A stretch of DNA of 64,000 bases from Gammaproteobacteria bacterium (GTDB lineage Bacteria; Pseudomonadota; Gammaproteobacteria; SZUA-140), in the NCBI GenBank assembly GCA_046754065.1, contig JBHHVB010000008.1, positions 2,497 through 66,496 of the forward strand. Direction: 5' to 3'. Positions 13,401-22,312 of the stretch are shown one piece after another (position 1 is the first letter of the stretch; the number at the start of each line of letters is the position of its first letter). The translations under genes and the position numbers were made by a program. A model generated the notes under the pieces. It did not search any database. It was not told the DNA's origin and saw only the letters and a program-made list of their open reading frames with translations.

Positions 13401-13797
13401 GTCTGTAACGGGCCAGTTTTCCGAGATAATAGCCACTGCCTGTTGTCAATGCAGCTGTCGAGTCACCACACATATTGGAACTTGCATGGAACCAGTCATC
13501 AGTAGAGCAAGAAGGCGCCTTGCCTTTGCTGTTCCAATAGACTTTTGAAGTATCACAACTGCCAGGGTAGGTTTGGGCTGGGTCATAGCTACCGGAGCCC
13601 CCAGTGACAACAACGGGGACGGTTACCTTGCTTCCCATACTGCCGGATGTATCAATGATAAATGTTACATTCGGTTTGACGCTGTTTAGGCCATTGGCTC
13701 CAACGTAGATTTCAGTGTCTTCTGCTAGAGTTACCCTAGAGGTAGCGAGGAGGAACAGAGGCAGCATCAGGAAAATGGTTTGTTTTTTCGTAAACAT
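10432..13797 (-). CDS. pilY1: Type IV pilus adhesin PilY1/PilC
   Basis: Signal peptide, VWA motifs (DTSGSM, LTDG), GDPLHS, GMRRGG, Ca-binding-like DIDADGYTD; start 13797 after GAGG. Confidence 0.92.
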   Translation of the reverse strand: MFTKKQTIFLMLPLFLLATSRVTLAEDTEIYVGANGLNSVKPNVTFIIDTSGSMGSKVTVPVVVTGGSGSYDPAQTYPGSCDTSKVYWNSKGKAPSCSTDDWFHASSNMCGDSTAALTTGSGYYLGKLARYRLKKGKRRWSSLSKKDHDDLVECKNDYGSHGDGVSSNYYPADEKNGGPWISTNNKSINWNKTGKAYTLYSANYLNWKAASGGGGGGGGSVQMTRLQIVQDVFNKLMDSTSGINTTVMRFDNKSRSANKGGYFLLPMQELNDTTRAGIKSAVSALSPGGYTPLAETLYESVQFYRGGNVFFGNSTSPGTNHSGVLVSGNSSKYLSPIDFQCQKNFTVLLTDGQPTYDGDADSQINSLPGFSGIAGSCGYSSDDCLDELAHYTYTKDQRNDLNDTQNIITYTIGFHTNQQLLQDTATKGGGQYYTASDTSGLTDAFTSIITNILATNDTFVAPAVAVNAFNRLTHRDELYFALFRPSGSPKWAGNLKHYKLAGQPVIITDAGGQPAVDPNTGFFDKNSTSFWTPAAIAPDGDNVALGGAASILGTTRNIYTYTGTSAPNNESLTSSTNAFHESNAAITKSMLGIPTQTDAYRTSLLQWSRGIDVFDENEDGNTNDSRQSMGDPLHSKPLLVTYGGTDTSPDITLFVGTNEGYLHAFNASTGAELFSFIPQEVLPNLDKFYLGSSAEPHPYGLDGPITAWVNDANQNNIIESGEHVYVYIGMRRGGRNYYALDVTNRSAPVLKWRIIGGTGDFTELGETWSAPIHSKIKINGIEKNVLIFGGGYDTNQDVSGPSTADTQGRAIYIVDATTGQRLWWAGPAGSNLPLTAMTNSIPSDIKPVDIDADGYTDLMYVGDMKGQIWRFDFDNAGNTGVSNLATGGVVAKFGGATAADARRFYYAPDVVYSKFNGAHTFYINIGSGYRAHPLDKSIQETFYSFRDPDVFTTPTSYTFVTESDLYDATDNIIGEGSASQKSAALTSLNSGSGWYIKLHNGGIYEGEKVQGIATTINNMILFTTFTPVASTQTSCSPSRGVATLYAISLFDATPVQNLDLVGDVNSLTKSDRKKTLVRGGIPPEVTILFPKGNPPLVCVGPECLTDIPIDNSMQKLYWREE

Positions 13798-13870
13798 AAT
13801 AAACCTCACTTGTCATGCATTTTAAGGCATGTGTGTTTTTTCCCCCGATGTATAAATGTAGTTTCCATGT

Positions 13871-14197
13871 TTATAAAATAATCTGTGTTACAGTTTTGTT
13901 TTTAACGTTGTAAATTATCGTGGCACCAACGTTATTCATGCGCTTGAGTACTTTTTTTATCTCAACGGTTTTTCCTTGTTTGGTTACTAGGGTGTTACGA
14001 TCGACCTTAAGCGTGATTTTCGCACACGCGATACATTGCCTTGCAATCAATGTTCCTTCACTTTCTTTATCCATCGATAATGTAAATGTCTCCGTTTCTA
14101 TGGCCTCTTCGATATTGATAAGCTCTGCGTGTATTGATGTTGACATAATCAAAGAGCCTATAACCAGAATAATCGATGATAGTGTTAACTTTTTCAT
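13871..14197 (-). CDS. Small exported protein with CxxC inside the minor-pilin operon (PilY2-like position/role)
   Basis: Sec-type signal peptide (..SIHA/ELI), CIAC, GGAG RBS. Confidence 0.65.
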   Translation of the reverse strand: MKKLTLSSIILVIGSLIMSTSIHAELINIEEAIETETFTLSMDKESEGTLIARQCIACAKITLKVDRNTLVTKQGKTVEIKKVLKRMNNVGATIIYNVKNKTVTQIIL

Positions 14198-14236
14198 ATC
14201 AGTGTTCTCCAGTGATAAACCAACCTGTCATGTTTG

Positions 14237-14683
14237 TTAAATGCCACCAGGTCCAGTTACATCAACGCCTTGAATATTGGTTCTGGTTGCCTTGGCACCA
14301 TTGATAAGTCCGTTGCCCGTTATTTCGAATTGATGGCTGACCAACTTGCCAATAGATGCGCCTTCTTTTATTGACGTTCCCTGATAGGCAATGCTCGAGG
14401 TGCTAATCGTGCTGGAACCAAAGCTGTATTGGGCTTGCGGGGGATTGATCGCAGTGTCTGCAATAAATCCAACATTGGCGGTGATGGCAGCATTGATAGC
14501 TGATTCCGCAGCCTGAAAAGCAACATGACTGTTCTGCGAATTTGCAGCCATATTTTCTTCCAGCGAGGTAGAGCTCATTGAGGTTACACCGAGTATGGTC
14601 ATAACGACCAGAATAAGCAGGCTGATGACCAGTGCAGAACCATTTTGCCTTTTGATTGATGAGGGGTATGTGCTTTCCATCAT
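14237..14683 (-). CDS. pilX: Minor pilin PilX
   Basis: G/SALVISL without Glu5, AFQAAESAI. Confidence 0.88.
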   Translation of the reverse strand: MMESTYPSSIKRQNGSALVISLLILVVMTILGVTSMSSTSLEENMAANSQNSHVAFQAAESAINAAITANVGFIADTAINPPQAQYSFGSSTISTSSIAYQGTSIKEGASIGKLVSHQFEITGNGLINGAKATRTNIQGVDVTGPGGI

Positions 14684-14710
14684 ATTTATCCATTAATGCC
14701 TTTTTACGAT

Positions 14711-15406
14711 TTAACCCGCCTTGTTGCGTAGCGTTGCTGTGGTTGTAAACGTATGTCGGATTCGTTTGTCACCGTTGTTGACGGCTGACGCAACGTTGTC
14801 TTCGATCGTTCTGGCGACTAGCGTAACTCTAACGCTGGTGACATTATTCATATTTAGCATAGGTGGACCTGGGAAACTTGCGACGACGTAATGATTTGCA
14901 TCGGCGTCATTATCCAGGTCCTCTCCATAGAGGATTTGCATGCCTTCTATACCCTCGACGAGTAATTGAGGTGTGACGCTCCCATTGCCGAGGCACATCA
15001 GGTTTGCGTTTTGAATATAATAGGTGTTCACAGCAGTTCCAGCAGGCGTTGCCTGCTCCAGACAATCGACTGCTGATTGATAGCTAACAGTGATCGTATC
15101 GCCGGCATTTCCATTGGCGCACGCCTCTGTTTCTCTATCACAACCCTGAATCGCATTACCCGCGAATGCGTTACCAGGAAAGCCGGCGATTCGAATATCT
15201 TTTTGTAGGTGTTCGATAGCAAAGCGACCGTTTTCTTGTAAACGTGACAGTGCTTCCTGAAGTCTATAGGTGGCCTGATTGCTGGAAAATATCTGAATTA
15301 CGCCTGCTAATAGAATCAAGCTCACAACGAGCGCAACCATCAGTTCAACCAAGGTGATGCCTCGTTGGTGAGAAAAGGTATTCATTGAGTTATCTGAATA
15401 ATTCAT
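14711..15406 (-). CDS. pilW: Minor pilin PilW
   Basis: G/ITLVELMV, LQENGRFA, DIRIAGF, LVEGIE..QILYG, LRN; ATGA overlap with pilV stop. Confidence 0.9.
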   Translation of the reverse strand: MNYSDNSMNTFSHQRGITLVELMVALVVSLILLAGVIQIFSSNQATYRLQEALSRLQENGRFAIEHLQKDIRIAGFPGNAFAGNAIQGCDRETEACANGNAGDTITVSYQSAVDCLEQATPAGTAVNTYYIQNANLMCLGNGSVTPQLLVEGIEGMQILYGEDLDNDADANHYVVASFPGPPMLNMNNVTSVRVTLVARTIEDNVASAVNNGDKRIRHTFTTTATLRNKAG

Positions 15407-15912
15407 GGTTGCATCAACATTTGAAAACATTTCAGGTCGGCAGGGTTGTTGGCATCGCAGCCAGTGCCTGTGGCACCGCTACGGGTATCATCCCACATCA
15501 CAGTAATAGTGAATGTTGATCCGGCACCAGCGCCTGATACAGTGCCTATGCCTGAGGGTAGAACACTGCCCAGGGATGTTAACCACTCAAATGCATCATA
15601 TTGAGCCATTTGTGCGGACGTACACCCTGCAGCAGTTGAAATACATTGTGGATCAGCAGGTTTGATAGTAATACTGTCGTAATTACCAGCAGCGACACCC
15701 TGGAGATTTGCAGATAAACGTTCAGCCATATCGCTCGCCAGGAGTGAAACCTGGGTGCGTGAATAGGCGCTGTGATTTGCTCGTAAGCCAGTTAGTTGCA
15801 GTCCGGCAATTCCCAGTAGGCCAATCGATAGAATGACAATCGTCACCAGGATTTCAATAATGGTAAATCCCTGTTGTCTTGAGCAAAGCGAATTGTAAAA
15901 AAATCGACTCAT
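15403..15912 (-). CDS. pilV: Minor pilin PilV
   Basis: G/FTIIEIL, SIGLLGIAGLQ, LPSG.G, ITVMW. Confidence 0.92.
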   Translation of the reverse strand: MSRFFYNSLCSRQQGFTIIEILVTIVILSIGLLGIAGLQLTGLRANHSAYSRTQVSLLASDMAERLSANLQGVAAGNYDSITIKPADPQCISTAAGCTSAQMAQYDAFEWLTSLGSVLPSGIGTVSGAGAGSTFTITVMWDDTRSGATGTGCDANNPADLKCFQMLMQP

Positions 15913-15928
15913 GATCTAGTCCTGGTAA

Positions 15929-16414
15929 TCATGTGCAGTTAAGGTCCTGTACAGAAGGATGCCCGGTTAGACTTACGCTAATCTGACGGCCAGTTTCTGC
16001 TGTTCGTTCATCACATAGTTGAAATGTGCTGGCTGCACCATTAAGAAAACCTGAGCCCTTGTAGCCAATTGTTGTCGTTGCATTGGTTAAGCTGCTTTGT
16101 CCGGACAGGGACTCGTAAACGCGCAGTACCTCGGGTGTTGCATCAGTGGTTACAACAATCCAGCCATCCTTCCAGTTTGTTGAGGTACAGCTTATCTGGT
16201 TGTTGCTACTGCATACGTTGACAGTCATACCGCGCTTTATTGCCTCGCTACGTGCGATATTCAACGATGTAATGAGTGTGTTAGCCTGGGTTACGAGCCG
16301 ATTATTCCGAATAAAATCACCAAAGCTTGGTAGTGCGACGGTTATCACTATCGCAGCCACAGCAATGGTGACCAATAATTCAATCAGCGTAAATCCTGCG
16401 TATGCCTTTTTCAT
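15929..16414 (-). CDS. fimT: Minor pilin FimT/FimU (GspH-like)
   Basis: G/FTLIELLV, ARSEAIKR, WKDGWIV. Confidence 0.85.
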   Translation of the reverse strand: MKKAYAGFTLIELLVTIAVAAIVITVALPSFGDFIRNNRLVTQANTLITSLNIARSEAIKRGMTVNVCSSNNQISCTSTNWKDGWIVVTTDATPEVLRVYESLSGQSSLTNATTTIGYKGSGFLNGAASTFQLCDERTAETGRQISVSLTGHPSVQDLNCT

Positions 16415-16607
16415 GCCTATATTGTTACCAATCACATTATTCACTGTCATTTGAATTCAGATGTGCTGTAGCAATTTTCCGATAAACGGTTAATTCCAAT
16501 CTCACGCGCACCTGAATTTTCTATTCCTTGGATATATGCGATCGGCAGGTAATCAGAATAATTTTGTGATAGGGTTAACATTTTTCGTATCTACAGGGTG
16601 TAATCGG

Positions 16608-17693
16608 GTGTCGGATTGCATAATTATTGGCGGCGGCCTGATTGGTATGCTAACCGCGAGGGAGTTATCCGAAAGCGGGTTTGCCGTAACAATTCTTGAT
16701 CGACATGCCGTCGGTAAGGAATCCAGCTGGGCAGGCGGTGGCATCTTGTCGCCACTTTATCCCTGGCGTTATCCTGATCCGGTGAATGAGCTGGCCGTCT
16801 GGGGGCAGAAGGATTACCCTGATTTAGCAAAAAAACTCGCTATTCAAACCGGAATTGATCCGGAGTGGACGCAGTCGGGATTGTTGCTACTGGATGAAGA
16901 GGCCATCAAACCTGCGGTGTCATGGGCAGTGTCACAGAACAGTCAGGTTGAAGTCCTTGAGCGGGATGCTATTCGGGCCTGTGAACAGCAGTTAGGACCT
17001 TATGGTGAAAAAGCGGTTTGGCTACCTGAGATCGCCCAAATTCGAAATCCGCGACTAATCCAGGCACTTAGGCGGAGTCTGGAAGTATCTGGCGTCGATA
17101 TAAAAGAACATGTCGAGGTTGAATCACTGCTGGTAGAAAATGGTCAGATTCAGGGTGTAACGAGCAGTGTGGGTAAGCTCATGGCTGGTAAAATCGTCAT
17201 CGCCGGCGGTGCGTGGAGCGCAAGTCTTTTAAGTGAACATGGGCTATCAATCCCTGTGAAACCGGTAAGGGGACAGATGTTATTGTATAGGACTGAGCCT
17301 GGCCTGATTAGCCGCATCGTGTTGAGTAACGGACGGTATGTGATACCCAGGCGTGATGGCCATGTGCTCGTTGGTAGTACCGTTGAAGATGTGGGATTTG
17401 ACAAGTCCACTACGGACCAGGCTCTCGCAGAATTGAAGTTTGCAGCGGAGAGCATGATTCCGAAACTGGCAAGCCATGATGTCATTCGTCATTGGGCAGG
17501 GCTCAGGCCTGGTTCTGCGGAGGGTGTGCCGTTGATCAGTAAACTACCAGATATTGACGGACTATATATTAATGCCGGGCATTTTCGAAATGGAGTCGTC
17601 CTTGGCCCGGCATCGGCCAGGTTGCTAACGGATATCATACTGGATCGAAGACCAATCGTTCACTCATCACCGTATGCAGTAAAATGGACCTGA
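16608..17693 (+). CDS. thiO: Glycine oxidase ThiO
   Basis: IIGGGLIG, SWAGGGILSPLYPW, PVRGQ, WAGLRP, GHFRNG; divergent from fimT as in Pseudomonas. Start is an estimate (GTG). Confidence 0.9.
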   Translation: MSDCIIIGGGLIGMLTARELSESGFAVTILDRHAVGKESSWAGGGILSPLYPWRYPDPVNELAVWGQKDYPDLAKKLAIQTGIDPEWTQSGLLLLDEEAIKPAVSWAVSQNSQVEVLERDAIRACEQQLGPYGEKAVWLPEIAQIRNPRLIQALRRSLEVSGVDIKEHVEVESLLVENGQIQGVTSSVGKLMAGKIVIAGGAWSASLLSEHGLSIPVKPVRGQMLLYRTEPGLISRIVLSNGRYVIPRRDGHVLVGSTVEDVGFDKSTTDQALAELKFAAESMIPKLASHDVIRHWAGLRPGSAEGVPLISKLPDIDGLYINAGHFRNGVVLGPASARLLTDIILDRRPIVHSSPYAVKWT

Positions 17694-17779
17694 TAAGTGA
17701 TTAAAAAATATCACTTTCTTGATACAAGAGTTGTATCAAGGCACGTCAATCTTTTATACTCCTGCCTGGTTTTCAATAT

Positions 17780-17855
<76 letters not shown>

Positions 17856-17881
17856 CACTTGATAGTTCTTGTAATCACACA

Positions 17882-19222
17882 ATGAATATGTGCATAAAAC
17901 ACGCAGTGGTGCTACTGGTCATCTTGATGAATGCCTGCGTTTCCACTCCACCGGAGAACATGAATAGCGAACGGGTGCTCGTCTATTCGGGTAATCTGGA
18001 TGGGGAGCTGGAGCCGTGTGGTTGTAGTGAAGAGGGTGATCTTGGCGGATTAAAACGTCGCGTAAAGATGGTCGATTCGCTTAGACGCGAGATCCCTGAT
18101 TTGTTTTTGATTTCAAGCGGTGGTCTGTTGATTAGTGAGACACCTCAGGATAAGTTGACCAGCGAATATATCCTCAAAGGACTTGCCAGTCTTGATTACG
18201 ATGCCATTGGCGTACAATGGCGAGACCTGGCATTTGGCGAGGCCTTTTTATCGCGAGCTAACCTGCCATTTGTGACGAATGATGCCAATCCGGGCTTTGC
18301 GGAAACGGAGCGAACGCTTATCCACGGGAAAAAGCAGATTGCCTTTTTTAGCTGGCTGAATACGGCTGACAATCCGATGTCTCAAATGCATGGGGTGAAC
18401 GATCCAGAAAACGGTCAAACAGACGGATTAATGAAATCATTGACTGACGCAAAAGCGTCTGGAAAAACGACTATTTTGAGCACGTCGCTGCCGCTTGAGT
18501 TGGCGCGAAAACTCTTTGACCTTAGTCATATTGACGTGCTAATCATTAAATCTCGCTATGAGTTGTTTGGTGATCCAGAACGAATTGGTTCTACCCTGGT
18601 TCTGCAGCCAGGTTCCAGGGGTATGCGCCTGGGTCGCGTGGACCTCACAGTTGATTCAATGGGAAACATAGCATCATGGCGACATCAAGTTATCCCGTTA
18701 CCCAAATCTGTTGGTGATGCGCAACGTATGGCCTCATGGTATGAAGAATATAATGACAAGGTTAGAGAAGCGTATGAAAAGCGTGTTGCTTTGCGCAAAT
18801 CACTTGAATCTGGGGAGAGCCCTTACGCCGGCGATCAATCATGTTCAGGTTGCCACGTAACGGAGCATCAAAAGTGGTCGTCCAGCAAGCACGCCGAGGC
18901 ATTTTACGCGCTTCAGGATGCCGGCAAGGCGTTCGATCCGGCATGTATTATCTGCCACAGCGTGGGATTTGATAAAGTGGGCGGATTTATTGATGCGGAA
19001 ACAACACCGTCACTGATGCATGTGCAATGTGAATCATGTCATGGTGCTGCGCGCGAGCATGTGGAATCGGCCGGGAAATGGCCGGTAGGAAATGCGACTG
19101 CACGTGGTGAGCAGATCTGCGTGCAGTGCCATAATCATTCTCATAGCCCGTCGTTTGATTTTGCGACGTATTGGCCGCATATTGCGCATGGCATGGTGGA
19201 GGCCGGTCTAAAAGCACCATAA
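17882..19222 (+). CDS. Probable lipoprotein: UshA/5'-nucleotidase-like domain (PCGC) fused to a tetraheme c-type cytochrome domain
   Basis: Lipobox-like MNAC; SGNLDGELEPCGC..GGLKRR; CSGCH, CIICH, CESCH, CVQCH. Confidence 0.85.
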   Translation: MNMCIKHAVVLLVILMNACVSTPPENMNSERVLVYSGNLDGELEPCGCSEEGDLGGLKRRVKMVDSLRREIPDLFLISSGGLLISETPQDKLTSEYILKGLASLDYDAIGVQWRDLAFGEAFLSRANLPFVTNDANPGFAETERTLIHGKKQIAFFSWLNTADNPMSQMHGVNDPENGQTDGLMKSLTDAKASGKTTILSTSLPLELARKLFDLSHIDVLIIKSRYELFGDPERIGSTLVLQPGSRGMRLGRVDLTVDSMGNIASWRHQVIPLPKSVGDAQRMASWYEEYNDKVREAYEKRVALRKSLESGESPYAGDQSCSGCHVTEHQKWSSSKHAEAFYALQDAGKAFDPACIICHSVGFDKVGGFIDAETTPSLMHVQCESCHGAAREHVESAGKWPVGNATARGEQICVQCHNHSHSPSFDFATYWPHIAHGMVEAGLKAP

Positions 19223-19251
19223 TATAACTGGATAATATGTGGTAGAAATCA

Positions 19252-19818
19252 ATGGATGATCAAATACACAATGGCTGGTTATCGACTGCACGCAGAGTGC
19301 CCTCACCGAACTTCGACGAACGTCCCCGGGACATCGATATTAATCTGGTAGTCATCCATGGCATTAGTCTGCCAGCGGGTAAATTCGGAGGTCCTTACAT
19401 AGAGGCCCTGTTTACAAATACGTTAAATCCGCACGACGATGCATCGTTTCCAGAGATTTATCGAATGCGGGTTTCATCACACCTGTTGATCTATCGGAAT
19501 GGTGAAACGGTTCAGTTTGTGCCTTTCACCCACCGGGCATGGCATGCGGGAGACTCCTGTTATCAGGAACGTATCGCATGCAATGATTTTTCAATTGGCA
19601 TCGAACTGGAGGGCTGTGATAACGTTCCTTATGAGGATGTACAGTACCGGAAACTTGCACAATCAATAGTCATTTTAGGCAATCACTATCCCGGGATTAA
19701 TACGCATGATGTTGTAGGCCATTGCGATATCGCGCCTGATCGAAAAACAGACCCGGGTGATGCGTTTGACTGGCGATATCTTGTAAAATTACTGGAAGAA
19801 CCAAAAAATACGGAATAA
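19252..19818 (+). CDS. ampD: 1,6-anhydro-N-acetylmuramyl-L-alanine amidase
   Basis: SPNFDERP, VIHGISLP, RAWHAG, SIGIELEG, GHCDIAP.RKTDPG. Confidence 0.96.
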   Translation: MDDQIHNGWLSTARRVPSPNFDERPRDIDINLVVIHGISLPAGKFGGPYIEALFTNTLNPHDDASFPEIYRMRVSSHLLIYRNGETVQFVPFTHRAWHAGDSCYQERIACNDFSIGIELEGCDNVPYEDVQYRKLAQSIVILGNHYPGINTHDVVGHCDIAPDRKTDPGDAFDWRYLVKLLEEPKNTE

Positions 19819-19822
19819 CCCT

Positions 19823-20734
19823 ATGAAGTTGATCACCATCTTGCTGGTGATATTCGTCGAACGAATTTCAAAGCCCTGGCCTAAAATAAGAAACTATCAC
19901 TGGTTCAACCGTTATGTAGCGTCATTTTACCATCGGTGTCAGAAAACCACATGGCTTGATAACGGCTTTGGTGTACTAATGGTAGTGACCAGCTCGATAT
20001 TGCCAGCTGTTATACCGCAGTATTTCATTGCACAGACCCATGGAAATCTTGGATGGGGCATATCACTGCTGTTTTCACTGCTGGTTTTGTTTTATGTCAT
20101 AGGCCCGCGAACAGAAGACGCATCGATTGATGACTATCTGGTAGCCTGGAAACGGGATGATACAGACGCAGCGTATTTGTCTGCCCGACAACTTCTGGGT
20201 GATGATTCAGTTTTAGAGAGAACAAAAATAACCAGAAAAATTATTGCCTTTATTTTGTTGCAGTCAAACGAGAGGTTTTTAGGCGTGATTTTCTGGTTCG
20301 TTATCCTGGGACCTGCAGGTGCTTTTCTTTATAGATTGAGCTGTGAAATGAAAATGTTCGCGCAGAATAAGGGGAATAATGAGTCGGGGTTTATAGAGGC
20401 GGGTATTCGTCTGCATGCCATTCTGGATTGGTTGCCGGTACGTATTACAGGGCTTGGTTATGCAATGGCGGGTAGTTTTGTCGACGCGATCCAATCCATG
20501 CATCGGGCAATAAAAAACCGGGATACCGACTGGGTGAGTAGAAACCAAAAGGTAGTGATCGAAAGTGGTATGGGTGCGCTGCAGTTAGGTGGAATTAACT
20601 ATGATAGTTTTGAATTAGCGGACGCAAATGTCATTGCGGAACAAATCCAGGCGGCTCGATCCCTGGTGAAACGCAGTTTGATTACCTGGCTGGTGGTTTT
20701 TGCGATATTAACCATCACAGGTTGGTTAAGTTGA
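19823..20734 (+). CDS. ampE: AmpE (CobD/CbiB-related membrane protein)
   Basis: Follows ampD; FLGVIFWFVILGPAGAFLYRL, LDWLPVR, AGSF. Confidence 0.85.
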   Translation: MKLITILLVIFVERISKPWPKIRNYHWFNRYVASFYHRCQKTTWLDNGFGVLMVVTSSILPAVIPQYFIAQTHGNLGWGISLLFSLLVLFYVIGPRTEDASIDDYLVAWKRDDTDAAYLSARQLLGDDSVLERTKITRKIIAFILLQSNERFLGVIFWFVILGPAGAFLYRLSCEMKMFAQNKGNNESGFIEAGIRLHAILDWLPVRITGLGYAMAGSFVDAIQSMHRAIKNRDTDWVSRNQKVVIESGMGALQLGGINYDSFELADANVIAEQIQAARSLVKRSLITWLVVFAILTITGWLS

Positions 20735-20779
20735 TGAGCGATTGGTGTACTGATCGGGCATACATAAGGATAGAGAGAA

Positions 20780-21364
20780 ATGCTGGTTGATCTGATTCGT
20801 CATGGTGAGCCCGTTGGCGGTCGTCGCTACCGAGGGCAAACAGATGATCCTCTGAGTGAGAAAGGGTGGCGACAGATGGAACAGGCAGTCGAGAGAAGTC
20901 AACCTTGGTCTGCCATAGTCACCTCGACATTGAGTCGATGTAGCGAGTTTGCCTATTCGCTGGGAACTAGAATTGGGAAAACTGTGCATGAAGAGGCGCG
21001 CTTTAAAGAGATCGGATTTGGAGAGTGGGAAGGAAAAACGCCAGACGAGTTGCAACAGCTTGGCCCTGATATGTTAAAGCGATTTTTGCATGAACCGGTA
21101 AAATATCCGCCACCCGGTGCCGAGTCGTTATCAGAGTTTTCTTTACGTGTTAGCAGCGCGTGGGAGGAGATACTGGTTAAGCTGCGCGGTGAGCATATTC
21201 TGGTTGTGGCACATGCTGGTGTCATGCGGGCCATCATCGGATATGTACTGAATATGCCAGTAGAGAGTATCTATCGTCTTCAGGTTGATAACGCAGCAAT
21301 TTCCCGAATCAAGATTGATGATGAGCGTCCTGCCACACTGGTGTTTCATAATACCCGCATCTAA
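20780..21364 (+). CDS. Histidine phosphatase, CobC-like (alpha-ribazole phosphatase family)
   Basis: RHGE, EIGFGEWEG, HAGVMR; B12 context. Confidence 0.8.
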   Translation: MLVDLIRHGEPVGGRRYRGQTDDPLSEKGWRQMEQAVERSQPWSAIVTSTLSRCSEFAYSLGTRIGKTVHEEARFKEIGFGEWEGKTPDELQQLGPDMLKRFLHEPVKYPPPGAESLSEFSLRVSSAWEEILVKLRGEHILVVAHAGVMRAIIGYVLNMPVESIYRLQVDNAAISRIKIDDERPATLVFHNTRI

Positions 21365-21367
21365 ATT

Positions 21368-22276
21368 ATGCCAGTTTTTCAGCAGAATATTGGCACAGTA
21401 TTTATCCTACGTTCGATACTAGCCGTTGTTGCCTTTTTATTTTCTGCTACCGGTTGGGCTGTTAGCATCACAGATGTTCGGGGCAGGCTGGTCGAACTAC
21501 AGCAACCAGCTAGTAGAATTATCAGCCTTGCACCAGATATTACAGAGCTACTATTTGCTGCGGGTGCAGGTGACAGCGTGGTCGGCGTGGTTGAATACAG
21601 TGATTACCCGCCTGAAGCATTAAGAATTACCCGAATTGGAAATGCATCACGGATAGATATCGAAGCCATCTTGTCGCTCAAACCTGATCTGGTGATTAGT
21701 TGGCGATCAGGAAACTCGGCCAGAGACATCGAGGCATTGGAGCGCTTTGGTATAAAGGTGTTTGCGATTGAATCCAGCCGACTTGATGATATTCCTTTAC
21801 ACTTGGCCAATATAGCCATGTTGGCTGATACCCGGGCTGATTCAATCATCGAACAATACAATATAAGACTTCAGCAATTAAGATCCGAATACCTAGCAAG
21901 TCAACAAGTGTCCGTGTTCTACCAGGTGTGGGATAAACCGCTAATGACTATTAATCGCAGGCATTTGATTAATGATGCCATTACACTTTGCGGTGGGCGG
22001 AATATTTTTGCCGACATCGATACATTGGTGCCGACCGTGTCGGAAGAGGCAGTACTGGTTGAAAATCCGGCTGTAATTATTTCAACGGAAGACAGTCAGT
22101 CAAAAAGCACGAGGTCAGTCAATCGGCTAGATAGATGGTATCAATGGAAAATGCTGGATGCTGTTAAAAACGGTCACCTCTATACGGTACCATCAGCATT
22201 GATGACAAGAGCGACACCCCGAATCCTGGATGGCGTAGAAAATTTGTGTGGGTTCATCAATAAGGCACGACCTTAA
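21368..22276 (+). CDS. btuF: Cobalamin-binding periplasmic protein
   Basis: RIISLAPDITELLFAAGAG, YSDYPPEA, CGGRNIF, RATPRILDG..LC. Confidence 0.88.
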   Translation: MPVFQQNIGTVFILRSILAVVAFLFSATGWAVSITDVRGRLVELQQPASRIISLAPDITELLFAAGAGDSVVGVVEYSDYPPEALRITRIGNASRIDIEAILSLKPDLVISWRSGNSARDIEALERFGIKVFAIESSRLDDIPLHLANIAMLADTRADSIIEQYNIRLQQLRSEYLASQQVSVFYQVWDKPLMTINRRHLINDAITLCGGRNIFADIDTLVPTVSEEAVLVENPAVIISTEDSQSKSTRSVNRLDRWYQWKMLDAVKNGHLYTVPSALMTRATPRILDGVENLCGFINKARP

Positions 22277-22312
22277 AATTAACCCACCGGAAAATCGGAT
22301 TGAAATACCCGG

